DNA of 64,000 nt from Candidatus Magasanikbacteria bacterium RIFCSPHIGHO2_01_FULL_41_23 (GCA_001782805.1 MFPT01000004.1:41294-105293), one strand, 5' to 3'; numbered from the stretch's first letter, positions 28,485 through 40,361 are shown. Translations and numbers: made by a program. Notes: generated from the sequence alone by a model not told the origin.

Positions 28485-29431
28485 AGCATGGCAGTGGTTA
28501 AGGCAGACAAATTATCGCGCATAATAGTTTCATAATTTTTCCCGGCTGACAAATCTTCGCTGGTTAATCCTTCAATGGGATTCAATACATTGGTAACTGC
28601 TCCGGTTTCTTTGGCCAGAGTTTCGGCCAAACGCGGTGAAACCAACGTTTCAAAAAAAATCGTTGTAATGTTTTTTTCTTTTACCAATCTGGTTAATTCC
28701 GCCAGATGCTTGGCCGATGGTTCAGCTTCCGGTGACATGCCGGCAATCGCGTATAGTTTCAGATTATATCGTTCAGCCACATAATTGAACGCGTAATGGG
28801 AAACTATCACATCACGAGTGGCACAGCTGGCCAAACTTTTAGTGTAATCAGTATCCAACGCGGTTAGACGGCCTGACAAGTCACTAAACTGTCCGCGATA
28901 ATAATCTGCTCCGCTTGGATCAACTACAATCAATGTATCACGAATTAATTCGGCAATTTGACGCGCCCGAATTGGATCCAACCAAATATGCGGATCAAAC
29001 TGATTAAAAATTCTTTTGTCTTCTCTCTCATCGTCAACCATTTGTTCAACTGGAGTCGGCATCAGTGAAACGGCATCACTTACTGCTACGACTTTTACAC
29101 CTCCAACGATCAATTCCGGTTGCACTCGATCAGCCCACGCATCAACCCCATTGCCGTTGTAAAAAAATACTCGACTGGAGCGAAGCGTAATTATATCTTG
29201 TGGCGTTGGTTCAAAATCATGCGGTTCAGTTCCATTCGGAGTAATTGACTGTATAGATACGCGATCCCCGCCGACTTGCTCGGCAAAATAGGCCAATGGA
29301 TAAAAACTGGCCGTGACGGAAATTTTGGCCGATTTTGGCACGAAATTATTTACTTTTGAACGGCTGGCGAACACTGCGGCCAGAGCCAAGCCAAGAATTA
29401 TAACAATGATAATCGTGATTTTTTTATACAT
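28475..29431 (-). CDS. Metal ABC transporter substrate-binding protein (ZnuA/TroA-like)
   Basis: Signal/TM N-terminus and cluster-9 SBP fold length. First gene of the SBP-ATPase-YibE/F-permease operon. Confidence 0.75.
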   Translation of the reverse strand: MYKKITIIIVIILGLALAAVFASRSKVNNFVPKSAKISVTASFYPLAYFAEQVGGDRVSIQSITPNGTEPHDFEPTPQDIITLRSSRVFFYNGNGVDAWADRVQPELIVGGVKVVAVSDAVSLMPTPVEQMVDDEREDKRIFNQFDPHIWLDPIRARQIAELIRDTLIVVDPSGADYYRGQFSDLSGRLTALDTDYTKSLASCATRDVIVSHYAFNYVAERYNLKLYAIAGMSPEAEPSAKHLAELTRLVKEKNITTIFFETLVSPRLAETLAKETGAVTNVLNPIEGLTSEDLSAGKNYETIMRDNLSALTTAMLCQ

Positions 29432-29463
29432 ATTTTATTTTTAGACTAAATTTACCGAATCCA

Positions 29464-30453
29464 TTACCGAATACCCACTAATTTCCGCACGTCTTTCATG
29501 GTCTTTCCTGCTACAATTCGCGCTTTTTTAGCCCCCTTATTCAAAATCGCTTTTAATTTATTTGAATTTTTAAGATATTTTTTTCTTTCAGCGCGAAAAC
29601 CGGCAAAATGACGCGCGATTGCTTCTGCCACTGCGATTTTTAAATCTCCATAACGAATACTTCCCGCTTGTTCGGCTGATACAAATTCACCAAAAACTTT
29701 TTTATCATCAAACTGTTTTAATAATAATAATAAATTCGCCACTCCGGGCGCTAATTCTCCGCCACTGGTCGCGGTTACGGCTTTCTTAAGTTTCGCCATA
29801 ATAATTTCCGGCTCATCAGCCAGCTCAATAACACTGTTTAAACCATGACTCTTACTCATTTTTTTTGTTGGTTCAAGCAAACTCATTACTTTGGGAATTT
29901 CCGTTAACAAAACTTTGGTTTCCGGAAAATAATTTCCATAGCGATTATTAAACCAACGCGCGATATCACGCGTTAATTCTACATGTTGAACTTGATCTTG
30001 ACCAACCGGCACTAAATTTCCATGATACAACAAAATGTCAGCCGCCTGCAAAATCGGATAGGTCAAAAGTCCGACATTAATATTTTTCTCCTGATGTTCG
30101 GATTTATCTTTAAATTGCGTCATGCGATACAATTCTGAAACCGGCGTAATTGTATTAAAAATCCACGCCAATTCCGTGCATTGCGGCACGGCTGACTGCA
30201 CAAACAAAGTAGATTTTTTGGGATCAATTCCCGCGGCCAACAATTCAGTCGCCAGATTCAGAGTATTGACTCGTCGCTCATCCGCGCCTTGGTTGCCAGT
30301 CAAAGAATGATAATCCACAATGCAAAAATAACAGTCGTATTTTCCACTATTTTGCAATTCTACCCAATTTTTGACCGCGCCCAAATAATTACCAACATGC
30401 AAATTGCCAGTTGGCTGAATACCGGAAAAAATAACTGGTTTCGTTGATTTCAT
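29464..30453 (-). CDS. trpS: Tryptophan--tRNA ligase
   Basis: Class I aaRS: HVGNY (HIGH-type) and KMSKS motifs. 329 aa. Confidence 0.9.
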   Translation of the reverse strand: MKSTKPVIFSGIQPTGNLHVGNYLGAVKNWVELQNSGKYDCYFCIVDYHSLTGNQGADERRVNTLNLATELLAAGIDPKKSTLFVQSAVPQCTELAWIFNTITPVSELYRMTQFKDKSEHQEKNINVGLLTYPILQAADILLYHGNLVPVGQDQVQHVELTRDIARWFNNRYGNYFPETKVLLTEIPKVMSLLEPTKKMSKSHGLNSVIELADEPEIIMAKLKKAVTATSGGELAPGVANLLLLLKQFDDKKVFGEFVSAEQAGSIRYGDLKIAVAEAIARHFAGFRAERKKYLKNSNKLKAILNKGAKKARIVAGKTMKDVRKLVGIR

Positions 30454-30462
30454 ATTTTAGTA

Positions 30463-32292
30463 TTATACCTCAATCACCACCGGCAACACCATAGGACGTT
30501 TTTCAGTTTTAGTATAAATATATTGTCCAATTTTGTCGCGGATATCATTCCGAATTTGATTGGTATCCGCCCAACTACTGGGATTGGATTCAATGACCAT
30601 TTTTTTCACTTTGTGACGAATGTCTTCAATTAATTCTTTGTTATCTTTTAAGAATACAAAGCCGCGCGAAATAATATCGGGATTTTGCAACAACGTTCCG
30701 CGTTTGGAATCAACGGTCGCAATCACCACAATCATGCCATCTTCGGCCAAAACCTGACGATCGCGCAAAACCACGTGTTGCGTATCACTGATTCCCAGAC
30801 CATCCACAAACACATAATCAGTAATAACTTTTTTGGGCAAAACGCGAATGCCATTGTGATCCAATTCAATGACTGTACCATTATCCGGCACAATAATTTT
30901 TTCTTCCGGCATACCATTCGCAATCGCGAGCGAACGCGCTTCTTTCAAAAAATAATGATTGGCATACACGGGCATAAAATACGTTGGCTTCACTTGATTC
31001 AACATTTCCACAATATCCCGTCGCGTGGCATGACCCGATATATGCACATCCATTAAATCGCCATGAACCACATGATCGGATTGACGATAGATATTGTCTT
31101 TTAAACGCTGAATGGAACGTTCGTTGCCCGGAATGATGGACGAAGAAAAAATAATCGTGTCTTTTTTGCTTAATTTAATACTCCGATGTTCACCACTTGT
31201 AATTCGTGACAGAACTGCTCTATCCTCGCCTTGCGCGCCCGTGCAAATTACCACTACTTTATCTTCCGGAAAATCACTGATGGTTTCTGTTTCGATCATT
31301 ACTCCTTTGGGTACTTGAATATAGCCTAATTTTTTGGCGATTTCAATATTCATTTTCATGCTATAGCCGTCAAGCGCGACTTTTTTACCGAGTTCACTGG
31401 CCGCTTGGATAATCCATTTAACCCGTTCCACTTGAGAAGAAAAAGTCGCCACAATCACGCGTCCGGGCGCCTGACTGATAACGCGATGCAAATTAGCATA
31501 CATTTCATTGTACGTGCCGTGACGTTTTTCATTGGTCGCGCCCAAACTTTCCAACATCAGCACAGTTGGTTTGGCCAAATTAGCCAGCTGTTCATAGCGC
31601 ACATGTGTATTGCCATCAACATCGCGTTCCATGGTCCAATCGCCCGGATGAATCGCGGATCCGGCGGGAGTTTCAATAATTGTTCCCATGGAATCCATAA
31701 TAGAATGTTCAACTTGAAAAAAACCCATAGTGATTGAGCCCAATGCTATGCGCTGATCCATGGATGAAACCGAAATTGTTTTTAATTTTTTGCTCGAACC
31801 TTTCTGATAATCTTCCATGCGATGCTTAATGAGCGCGAGCGTCAGTGGCATGGCAATGATTGGCGGATAGCCTAATTTTTCCAATAAAATCGGCGCGGCA
31901 CCAATATGATCAAGATGACCATGACTAAATGCAATGGCGCGAATCCGTTTTTCTTTTCCCTGCAGATATTTGATGTTCGGAATAATATAATCAATTCCGG
32001 GCATGTCTTCTTCGGGAAATTGCAAACCCATATCAAGAATTACAATATCCTGACCATACTCGTAAACGGTCATATTGCGTCCGACTTCTTCACAGCCGCC
32101 AATGGGAATTATGCGCAAAGCATTGGGGTTGCCGGTTTCTTCAGTTCCACCAACCACACCAAAAACCGGGGGGCGAACTTGATTAAAATTTCGGCCTCCG
32201 CGATTATGAATCGGTGGGCGAGCTCCGGCACGATTGCCGGAACGACTGTCCTGGCGACGAAAAGGCGCGCCGGAATTTGATTGTCGTATCAT
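30463..32292 (-). CDS. rnj: Ribonuclease J with Arg/Gly-rich N-terminal extension
   Basis: Metallo-beta-lactamase HGHLDHIGA, beta-CASP and RNA-metabolising C-terminal domains. Disordered RG-rich N-terminus of ~55 aa. Confidence 0.9.
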   Translation of the reverse strand: MIRQSNSGAPFRRQDSRSGNRAGARPPIHNRGGRNFNQVRPPVFGVVGGTEETGNPNALRIIPIGGCEEVGRNMTVYEYGQDIVILDMGLQFPEEDMPGIDYIIPNIKYLQGKEKRIRAIAFSHGHLDHIGAAPILLEKLGYPPIIAMPLTLALIKHRMEDYQKGSSKKLKTISVSSMDQRIALGSITMGFFQVEHSIMDSMGTIIETPAGSAIHPGDWTMERDVDGNTHVRYEQLANLAKPTVLMLESLGATNEKRHGTYNEMYANLHRVISQAPGRVIVATFSSQVERVKWIIQAASELGKKVALDGYSMKMNIEIAKKLGYIQVPKGVMIETETISDFPEDKVVVICTGAQGEDRAVLSRITSGEHRSIKLSKKDTIIFSSSIIPGNERSIQRLKDNIYRQSDHVVHGDLMDVHISGHATRRDIVEMLNQVKPTYFMPVYANHYFLKEARSLAIANGMPEEKIIVPDNGTVIELDHNGIRVLPKKVITDYVFVDGLGISDTQHVVLRDRQVLAEDGMIVVIATVDSKRGTLLQNPDIISRGFVFLKDNKELIEDIRHKVKKMVIESNPSSWADTNQIRNDIRDKIGQYIYTKTEKRPMVLPVVIEV

Positions 32293-32365
32293 AAAGACAT
32301 CTTAAATAAACTGATAAAAATATTATCAAAGAGTTTAATTTGTTCACAGTGAGTCTGTCGAACTG

Positions 32366-32449
32366 TGGGGATAGAGAGACTCGAACTCTCACGGCCTTGC
32401 GGTCATGGCGCTCTGAACGCCACGTGTCTACCAATTCCACCATATCCCC
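32366..32449 (-). tRNA. tRNA-Leu (anticodon CAG), long variable arm
   Basis: Minus-strand cloverleaf: acceptor GGGGATA/TATCCCC, anticodon stem TGGCG/CGCCA with loop TTCAGAG, long variable arm, T-arm GAGAGTTCGAGTCTCTC. No encoded CCA. Confidence 0.8.
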
Positions 32450-32464
32450 TTCTCCTTAATTCTG

Positions 32465-34417
32465 TTATTTTTTAAATTTCCATTCACTGCCGATTTTTAT
32501 ATACCAATCAGTTACATTGGCAAATCGATCAGCCGGATGCGCAATACGTTCAACCGCAAAACCATATATTTGATTGCCTAGAACATAGACGTAAGTTGGA
32601 CTGTATAAAAATATCGCGGGCACATCTTCGGCAAGCAACTTTTGAAATTCAAGATACAGATCGTTTAATTGTTGACTGTCACTGGTCTGGCGAATCTTCA
32701 AGAGAATTTCATCAACTTTTTTATTGGTATAGCCGGACAAATTCAAACCGGGATATTTGACTTGGCTGGAATGCCAAAATGGAAACTGATCCGGGTCACT
32801 GCCAACAATCACTCCGTACAAAAGGACATCATAATCACGATCTTTAAGTATGCTTTGCGCAATTTCTTTTTGACTGACATAAGTAATATTGGTTTTGACG
32901 CCAATATCCTGCCAATACCCGGCGATTAAAGCCGCGGCCTCGCGATATTCCGGTGTGTCAGCCGTCACCAAATTCAAAATCGCCATGGTTTTATTCTTAT
33001 TGATTCTATAAAATAATTGCGCGGGAGATAGAGTCTTTTCAATTTCTGTGGCTCCTGAAATCGCAAGCGTGGATGTGGTATCAGTGCTGGCTGTACTCGT
33101 AGAACTGTGCTCTTCTACATATTCAGTGATCAACTTTTGCCGATAATCCTCCGCGCTTATTCGCGACCATTTTTTATCTAAAAATTCATTGGCCTCTTCA
33201 GGCAGACCTAATTGCAATAGAGGATTTTTATATCCGGGAAAACCAAATAAAACCGGACTGTCAATGGCCGCGCCTTCATTATCCAAAGTTTCTTGGAGAA
33301 TTTTTGGTTTGTTTATGGCCAATGACAAAGCTTGACGCATAGTCTTGTCTGACAAAATTCCCTCATTATTTAGATTAAAAAAGAGTGCGGTGTACTGAGG
33401 CAATTGGAGCGTGGCCAAACGTACATGTTTCACCGCGGTTTTTTCCTTGAGTGCCGTGGGAATAAAATTCAAACCGGACACTTTTTTTGTTCGCAACGCT
33501 TCCAACATACCATTATCTCCTTCATATTCAGAATAAAATTGCCAGACCATATCCTTAATATACGGAGGCTGACGATAATATTCCGCATTGCGAGATAATT
33601 CATAGCGGGAAATAAAACCGGTTTCTTCTCTAATCAAGCGCTTGAATTGAAACGGGCCGGAACCGATTGGCTTGAGGTTCATTTCGGCCAAGCGAATTTG
33701 ATCGCGCGGAATTATTGACCAAATATGTTCAGGCAAAATACCAACTGTAAGAGCGGATAAAAAAGCCGGATACACTTCAGGCAAGGTAAAACGCACGGTG
33801 TATTCGGAAACTGTTTCCACTTTAATGCCGGCAAATGTTCCGGCCAACGGACTGGCCAGGGTCGGATCTTCCAGCAATGCAAACGTAAAAGCAACATCGC
33901 GCGCCGTCACTGATTTGGCATCATGCCAATGCGCATTGGAAACCAAATTAAAAGTATATATTTTTTTATCCTCGCTGACCGTATAATTTTCCGCCAAGTC
34001 CGTTACAATTTCTTGTTTACCATTAAAACGCACCAGGCCACTGTACAAAAGCCGCGTTAATCCCAAATCAGTTTCATTGGCTGAAGCAAAAATAGGATTA
34101 ATCAAACGCGGATTTCCCACCACACCTTCCACATATTCTCCGCCAATTTGGGGAACCGGAATCCGAAATTGAGCCAAAAATAACCCGGCTAACGCAATCG
34201 CGGAAAGCAAAAGAGTTATCCACGTCATCCGAAACAAAAATTTCTGACGAGACGTTAGGACTTTGCTGATGAATCGTACTTGGCGCCAAGACGGGATATA
34301 CTTGCCATGAGCTCTCTGCATTACCATATAATCGTAACGCGGATTGACCAGTCGCTGGCGTATCTGAAATATAGCGCGTATGTACGTTTCAATTTTTTGT
34401 CTGTATTTTTTAAACAC
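32465..34417 (-). CDS. Extracellular solute-binding protein, family 5 (OppA/DppA-like), membrane-anchored
   Basis: 650 aa. N-terminal TM, then an SBP_bac_5-like region (LYSGLVRFNGKQEIVTDLAENYTVSED...). Confidence 0.6.
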   Translation of the reverse strand: MFKKYRQKIETYIRAIFQIRQRLVNPRYDYMVMQRAHGKYIPSWRQVRFISKVLTSRQKFLFRMTWITLLLSAIALAGLFLAQFRIPVPQIGGEYVEGVVGNPRLINPIFASANETDLGLTRLLYSGLVRFNGKQEIVTDLAENYTVSEDKKIYTFNLVSNAHWHDAKSVTARDVAFTFALLEDPTLASPLAGTFAGIKVETVSEYTVRFTLPEVYPAFLSALTVGILPEHIWSIIPRDQIRLAEMNLKPIGSGPFQFKRLIREETGFISRYELSRNAEYYRQPPYIKDMVWQFYSEYEGDNGMLEALRTKKVSGLNFIPTALKEKTAVKHVRLATLQLPQYTALFFNLNNEGILSDKTMRQALSLAINKPKILQETLDNEGAAIDSPVLFGFPGYKNPLLQLGLPEEANEFLDKKWSRISAEDYRQKLITEYVEEHSSTSTASTDTTSTLAISGATEIEKTLSPAQLFYRINKNKTMAILNLVTADTPEYREAAALIAGYWQDIGVKTNITYVSQKEIAQSILKDRDYDVLLYGVIVGSDPDQFPFWHSSQVKYPGLNLSGYTNKKVDEILLKIRQTSDSQQLNDLYLEFQKLLAEDVPAIFLYSPTYVYVLGNQIYGFAVERIAHPADRFANVTDWYIKIGSEWKFKK

Positions 34418-34448
34418 AAAAATCTAAAGCCGAGTTGGCAGGCGAAAT

Positions 34449-34667
34449 TTATTTAGCCAATATCGAAGCCAATGAAATTAAGAGAAAGCCAGTGGCAATG
34501 CCGATCGTGGCATTGAATAAAACTTTGTCTACTCCTCGTCGAGTGGTATGCATCGCGCCTGTTCCGCCAAACGCCGCGCCCAAACCCGCGCCTTTTTGTT
34601 GGAGCAAAATTACGACAATCAACAGAACGGAAAATACCAGTTGGATTATTGATAAAGTAAATTTCAT
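34449..34667 (-). CDS. secG: Preprotein translocase subunit SecG
   Basis: 72 aa. LLIVVILLQQKGAGLGAAFGG is the SecG hallmark. Confidence 0.85.
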   Translation of the reverse strand: MKFTLSIIQLVFSVLLIVVILLQQKGAGLGAAFGGTGAMHTTRRGVDKVLFNATIGIATGFLLISLASILAK

Positions 34668-34787
34668 ACCGGAATGAAAAGAAGTCGATAAAATAACAAT
34701 GGTAAAGATACCACAACTCTAGGAAGATTGTCAATGATACCGTGTAAACGTCTCTAATTATATGTTATACTGATCAAAGATTATTCT

Positions 34788-35561
34788 ATGGAAATTTTGC
34801 CACCAAAATCACGCGCTCACCATACTCTTGGCCTGACTGTGATCAGCATTATTATAATTCTATTGTTGTTTTTTCTCGGCTTGGTTGTTTTTTATCTTTG
34901 GCAATCCAAATACGGTTCCGGAGAAGACATTGCCAAAACTAAATTGGAATTTCAAAGTCAAAAATTAACCCCTCGACTCGTCCCGACTTCGTCGGGACTC
35001 GCTCGGGGTAAACCCGATCAGGGAGAGCCAAAAGCGCCAATCAATTGGACAGAATATGTAACCAAAGATAATCCGACATTCGGCAGTGTGGCCAGTCCGG
35101 TTACTATTATCGCCTTTATTGATTTTGAGTGTCCTTTTTCCCAAGAAGGCTATCCGATTTTCAAATCCGTTATGGAAACTTACGGTAGTGCGGCCAAAAT
35201 TGTTTTTAAACAATTGCCGTTAACCAGTATTCATGCCAATGCTTTGCCGACGGCCGAAGCCGCGGCTTGTGCCTATGAACAAGATAAATTTTGGGAATAT
35301 TACAATTATTTATTTAATACCAAAAAATTATCAGCGAATGATTTAACGATCGCGGCGAAAGCAGTTGGTCTTGATCTCAACACATTCTCGACTTGCCAAA
35401 AAAGCGCCAAATACCAAAAAGAGATTGAAAAAGATGTGAATGACGCGATTGCTCTTGGCGTGCGCGGCACGCCAACTTATTTTGTTAATAATGAAGTCAT
35501 TGAAGGAGTGGCGGATCGCGCCATTTGGGACACGATTATTCTCCGCAATTTAAAAAAATAA
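34788..35561 (+). CDS. DsbA-like thioredoxin-fold thiol:disulfide oxidoreductase, membrane-anchored
   Basis: N-terminal TM, CPFS active site (FECPFSQEG), DsbA-family length. Its stop is 1 nt before the next gene's start. Confidence 0.8.
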   Translation: MEILPPKSRAHHTLGLTVISIIIILLLFFLGLVVFYLWQSKYGSGEDIAKTKLEFQSQKLTPRLVPTSSGLARGKPDQGEPKAPINWTEYVTKDNPTFGSVASPVTIIAFIDFECPFSQEGYPIFKSVMETYGSAAKIVFKQLPLTSIHANALPTAEAAACAYEQDKFWEYYNYLFNTKKLSANDLTIAAKAVGLDLNTFSTCQKSAKYQKEIEKDVNDAIALGVRGTPTYFVNNEVIEGVADRAIWDTIILRNLKK

Positions 35562-35562
35562 T

Positions 35563-37509
35563 ATGCTTAAAAAAATCATCATTGGTTTTTGTTTCTTGTT
35601 TGGTATTTTTTTGTTTGAGAATCAAGCGCAGGCAGTTGATTCAACAAATAAAGCATCAAAATGTTGGACAAAAACAGCGTGTGAAAGTGCCAGAGCCGGA
35701 TTTGGCGGTGTTCCGGGCGAAGGTTTGTATACCGGATCTGATGCACAAGAATTGTGTGGAAAAGACCATCTAGTCCCCGGAGGTGGAAAAGAGCCTACTG
35801 GTTTTTGTCTGCCAGCCGGCCAATCAATCACCAAAATTTCCTTTGGTGGAAAACAAACATTTGCCAACTTCGGGGAATTTATCCAATACATTTACCGCTA
35901 TGGTATGTGGTTGGCCGGCATTCTGGCAGTTGCTTTTATTGTTATTTCCGGTTTGCAGTGGGCTGCTTCGGGTGGTAATTCTGATATGATCGGATCAGCC
36001 AAAAATAGAATTACCGGAGCCGTAACCGGACTTATTTTATTAGCACTGTCTTATACTATTCTTAGTACAATCAATCCATATTTGGTCCAATTACGTTTGC
36101 CACAAACCTGGATGATAAACAGAATTGGCATGGCCGCAGCGTTTTGTAGCGATGCAAAAGATGCAAAAATATCTCTTTTTACAAAATCTGATACTTCACA
36201 AATAGAAAAAGAAAAAATAAAAGCAACTAAATTGGCAGAGGTTGAAAGCAAAGGATATAAAGAAACATACCTAAATGCAAAATGTGGTTATGAGTATTTT
36301 GTGGATGGCACGTCCGGACAAACGTGCCAAGGGAATATTTGTGGAGGAGGAATATGTGGATCAGCAATCAAAGATAAAAAATTGACATCTAATAAAGTAT
36401 GCTACGAGGGTGATTTGATAATAAAATTTTCAGCAGACATGGCCAATAACTTTCTTTCCCAAGCTCCTTTTCTCGGTATTGGCTTCGCTCAACTTAAGGA
36501 TAAATGGCTGACTAATAATCTAGTAATATACGGAGTTTGTGAAATGCCAAATAATGGAGTCTGTTCATCTGACCAAACTATTAGCGGTGGTGAAAAAATA
36601 AAAATGAGTCAGAGCACTCTCGAGGGCGAAGTTCTCTCCAACTATTTACGAATATACCATGGGATTAGAGACCTTGGTGCCGGTACCTTTTGTAAAGATA
36701 CTGAATTAAAGAATTTAAAAGGAATAATAATAAAAACCGAACTTGACGAGAACTGGAAATTCACTGATCCTAATTTATACATTGCCATACCCTCGTCAGG
36801 AAATAACGCATACATAGGAGATTTTAAAACTGTTTTTGATAAAGTAAAAGCTGAAGATTCAGCTAAAGTATACGAAAGATTAAAGGTTGGTTTAGAATTA
36901 AATGCCCTCGTAACGTTTAACATGTTCTCCAAAATTTCTGATGAAGACTGGAGTGGACCAAATGATCTAGAATTCGAGGAGTTATGTAAAAATTACACAT
37001 CTAGTGAAGATGGTGCTGAAGTAAAATTAAAACTAAAAAAAGATACTGGTGGCTTCTGCTTCCTAGCTGGCACTGAAATTCTGACACCGGCTGGAAATAA
37101 AAAAATTGAAATGCTGGGAACCGGTGACGAAGTGATCTCTTATAATATTGAGGATGGTAGTTACCATATCGGAAAAATCGCTGGTGTACGCAAACAAAAT
37201 AGTGAAGCATATTATTTAATAAACCATGGCCTTCTTCGGGTCACTGATCAGCATCCTATATACTTAAGAAAGAAATCAAACAAACAAACTGGATGGGCGT
37301 CTAACAATCCTTCGGGGACACATAAATTAACTGGTCTAAACGTCATGCAATTAGAAGTTGGTGATGAAGTCTTTACAGATAACAAAAAATGGGTTAATAT
37401 CACAGATATTGTCCATATTTCAAAGGAAGTCGAGACCTATAATGTACTCAATGTTGAACCCTATAACACATACTTCGCAAACGGTATCCTAGTACACAAC
37501 AAAATATAG
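35563..37509 (+). CDS. Secreted Cys-rich protein: signal peptide + VirB2/TrbC-pilin-like double-TM segment + C-terminal Hint (intein/hedgehog-type) autoprocessing domain
   Basis: Signal peptide [24 protein letters not shown]. Hydrophobic pair [49 protein letters not shown] resembles conjugative pilin. More than 20 Cys in the extracytoplasmic part. C-terminal ~150 aa has Hint blocks [10 protein letters not shown] (A), RVTDQHPIY (B, TxxH), and [23 protein letters not shown] (F/G), ending VHNKI-stop. Confidence 0.75.
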   Translation: MLKKIIIGFCFLFGIFLFENQAQAVDSTNKASKCWTKTACESARAGFGGVPGEGLYTGSDAQELCGKDHLVPGGGKEPTGFCLPAGQSITKISFGGKQTFANFGEFIQYIYRYGMWLAGILAVAFIVISGLQWAASGGNSDMIGSAKNRITGAVTGLILLALSYTILSTINPYLVQLRLPQTWMINRIGMAAAFCSDAKDAKISLFTKSDTSQIEKEKIKATKLAEVESKGYKETYLNAKCGYEYFVDGTSGQTCQGNICGGGICGSAIKDKKLTSNKVCYEGDLIIKFSADMANNFLSQAPFLGIGFAQLKDKWLTNNLVIYGVCEMPNNGVCSSDQTISGGEKIKMSQSTLEGEVLSNYLRIYHGIRDLGAGTFCKDTELKNLKGIIIKTELDENWKFTDPNLYIAIPSSGNNAYIGDFKTVFDKVKAEDSAKVYERLKVGLELNALVTFNMFSKISDEDWSGPNDLEFEELCKNYTSSEDGAEVKLKLKKDTGGFCFLAGTEILTPAGNKKIEMLGTGDEVISYNIEDGSYHIGKIAGVRKQNSEAYYLINHGLLRVTDQHPIYLRKKSNKQTGWASNNPSGTHKLTGLNVMQLEVGDEVFTDNKKWVNITDIVHISKEVETYNVLNVEPYNTYFANGILVHNKI

Positions 37510-37523
37510 ATCTCATATAGTAT

Positions 37524-40319
37524 ATGGACACCATCAAAATCACGAACGCGCGAGTCCACAATCTAAAAAGCGTTTCGTTGGAGATTCCCAAAAACAAATT
37601 AGTGGTTATTACAGGACTTTCCGGATCAGGAAAGTCCTCTTTGGCTTTTGATACGATTTATGCCGAAGGCCAGCGGCGTTATGCGGAAAGTTTAAATGCC
37701 TATGCGCGCCAATTTATGGATATGGCAGATAAGCCGGACGTTGATGAAATAACCGGTCTATCTCCCACCATTGCCATTCAACAACGCAATTACAGTGTGA
37801 ATCCACGTTCCACGGTGGGAACTGCCACGGAAATTTATGATTATTTACGTTTGTTATTTTCTCGAATCGGTACACAATATTGCCCGAATTGTAAAACAGC
37901 CGTGGCAACGCATACGTCAGGCGCAATTGTGGAGCGTATTCGCGCTTTGGCTCGCACTCAAGAAATTATTCTGGCCGCGCCCATTATTCATCAGGAAAAA
38001 ATTTCCCTTAAAAATTTAAAAAATCGACTGGAGCGAGCCGATGTGGAACGCGTACTTATTAATAACGTGGAAGTTAGTTTGAAATCACTGGTAAAATTTT
38101 CTTTCCACGATAGTCAAGTCTATGATGTGTCGGTAATAATTGCCACAATCAAAAACAACAGCAAAACTACATTGGCAAGTTTGGTGGAAAAAGCCTTGGA
38201 ACTGGGCAATGGCCATTGTGTGATAATAACTGCAGACAAAGAAGAAAAAATTTTCTCAACCAAACCAGTCTGCTCCACTTGTAGCCGAATATTTTTACCC
38301 ATTGAACCGCGATCATTCAGTTTTAACAGTCCGTATGGCGCGTGCTCGCGCTGTACCGGTCTTGGCGTGACATTGGAAGTTGATCCGGATTTAGTCATTC
38401 CCAACGCACGTTTAACTTTGGCCGAAGGCGCAGTTCAGCCATGGACACGGCTCGTGGGCAATCAACAATTTTACCAAGATCTTTTGGAACAAGTGGCGGC
38501 CAAAAATAATTTTTCCACACATATACCCGTGGAATCACTGTCCAAACGCGTGATGGATATTTTATTATATGGCACTGATGGCGACGAATATATAGTGGCC
38601 AAAGAAAAAGTTCATTTTGATGGCATTGTCCCGAATCTCAATAAGCGATATTTGGAAACCAAATCGGATTATCTCAAAAAAGAAATTGAACAATACATGC
38701 GCGAACGCATCTGTTCCATTTGCCAAGGATGCCGCCTAAAAGAAGACAATATATACATCAAAATTTTAGGAAAAAGTATTGCCTACATTGTGGATTTAAG
38801 TATTGAAGAATCTAAAAATTTTTTTTCTGAATTAGCCGGACAAAAAAATTCCCTGTCGAGCGTGGTCATGCCCATCGTGAAAGAAATGATCAAACGGATT
38901 GAATATCTGAATAATGTAGGATTGCCCTATTTGAATTTGGATCGTTCACTGGCGACCGTTTCAGGCGGTGAAGCGCAACGCATTCGCTTATCCACTCAAT
39001 TGGCGGCCGGATTATCCGGATTGATTTACATTTTAGATGAACCATCGGTCGGACTCCATCCCAAAGACAATGATCAATTAATCGTCACCTTAAAAAAATT
39101 ACGCGATGCCGGCAACACGGTAATTGTCGTGGAGCATGATAAAAGCATCATGGAAGCGGCTGATTACATTATTGACGTTGGTCCGGGGGCAGGTGAATAT
39201 GGCGGAGAAATTGTGGCGGCCGGAACATGCGCGCAAATTAAAAAAAATCAACATTCGCTTACGGGACAATACTTGAAAGGCGAAGCCAAAATTGGCAATG
39301 GCCAAAAACCACGCAAAGGAAACGGGCAAATTCTAAAGATTGTTGGCGCCAAATCACACAATTTAAAAAATATTGATGTGTCAATTCCTCTGGGAACATT
39401 AACGTGTTTTACCGGAGTTTCCGGATCAGGCAAATCAACTCTAGTCATAGATATTTTAAGCAAAGCATTAAACAGTTATTTTTATCGCGCGCACGCCACG
39501 CCTGGCGAACATGAAACTATTGTTGGTCTTGATCAGATTGATAAAGTAATTACCATTGATCAGGCTCCTATCGGGCGCACGCCACGCTCCAATCCGGCGA
39601 CGTATACTGGCCTTTTTACTTTAATTCGCGATGTTTTCGCCGAATTGCCCGAAGCAAAGATGCGGGGAATGAATGCGGGGACTTTTAGTTTTAATGTCAA
39701 AGACGGCGGACGTTGTGAAGCGTGTGGCGGCGAAGGTTACACCACGATTCCCATGCACTTTTTGAATGATGTTTTTATTGAATGCAGTGAATGTTTTGGC
39801 ACTCGCTATACCAAAGAAGTTTTGGAAATTCATTATCATTATAAACATATCGCCCAGGTCTTGGATATGACTGTGGAAGAAGCCTTTGTATTTTTTCATG
39901 GTTTGCCCAATATTCGCGAGAAACTGCAGATTTTGCGTACGGTGGGACTGGGTTATTTGCGTTTGCGTCAGCCGGCAACCACGCTTTCCGGCGGAGAAGC
40001 GCAACGAATTAAATTGGCAACTGAATTGTCGCGTCGTTCAACGGGCAAAACTCTGTATATCCTAGATGAACCGAGTACAGGTTTGCATTTTGAAGATATT
40101 AAAAAATTACTCACGGTTTTGAATCAATTGGTGGATAAAGGAAATACGGTTTTGATTATTGAACATAATTTGGAAATTGTTGGCTCGGCCGATTGGATTA
40201 TTGATTTGGGACCGGAAGGCGGCAAACGTGGTGGTGAAGTGGTGGCTACGGGCACGCCAAAAGAGATGGCGAAAAATGCACAGAGTTGGACGGGGAAATA
40301 TTTGGCGGCGAATAAATAA
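37524..40319 (+). CDS. uvrA: Excinuclease ABC subunit A
   Basis: 931 aa. Tandem ABC ATPase modules ([17 protein letters not shown] x2) and zinc fingers ([13 protein letters not shown]). Confidence 0.95.
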   Translation: MDTIKITNARVHNLKSVSLEIPKNKLVVITGLSGSGKSSLAFDTIYAEGQRRYAESLNAYARQFMDMADKPDVDEITGLSPTIAIQQRNYSVNPRSTVGTATEIYDYLRLLFSRIGTQYCPNCKTAVATHTSGAIVERIRALARTQEIILAAPIIHQEKISLKNLKNRLERADVERVLINNVEVSLKSLVKFSFHDSQVYDVSVIIATIKNNSKTTLASLVEKALELGNGHCVIITADKEEKIFSTKPVCSTCSRIFLPIEPRSFSFNSPYGACSRCTGLGVTLEVDPDLVIPNARLTLAEGAVQPWTRLVGNQQFYQDLLEQVAAKNNFSTHIPVESLSKRVMDILLYGTDGDEYIVAKEKVHFDGIVPNLNKRYLETKSDYLKKEIEQYMRERICSICQGCRLKEDNIYIKILGKSIAYIVDLSIEESKNFFSELAGQKNSLSSVVMPIVKEMIKRIEYLNNVGLPYLNLDRSLATVSGGEAQRIRLSTQLAAGLSGLIYILDEPSVGLHPKDNDQLIVTLKKLRDAGNTVIVVEHDKSIMEAADYIIDVGPGAGEYGGEIVAAGTCAQIKKNQHSLTGQYLKGEAKIGNGQKPRKGNGQILKIVGAKSHNLKNIDVSIPLGTLTCFTGVSGSGKSTLVIDILSKALNSYFYRAHATPGEHETIVGLDQIDKVITIDQAPIGRTPRSNPATYTGLFTLIRDVFAELPEAKMRGMNAGTFSFNVKDGGRCEACGGEGYTTIPMHFLNDVFIECSECFGTRYTKEVLEIHYHYKHIAQVLDMTVEEAFVFFHGLPNIREKLQILRTVGLGYLRLRQPATTLSGGEAQRIKLATELSRRSTGKTLYILDEPSTGLHFEDIKKLLTVLNQLVDKGNTVLIIEHNLEIVGSADWIIDLGPEGGKRGGEVVATGTPKEMAKNAQSWTGKYLAANK

Positions 40320-40361
40320 ACTTCTAGTAATAAAACCTCGTCTTTATTAACTCATAAAGAC

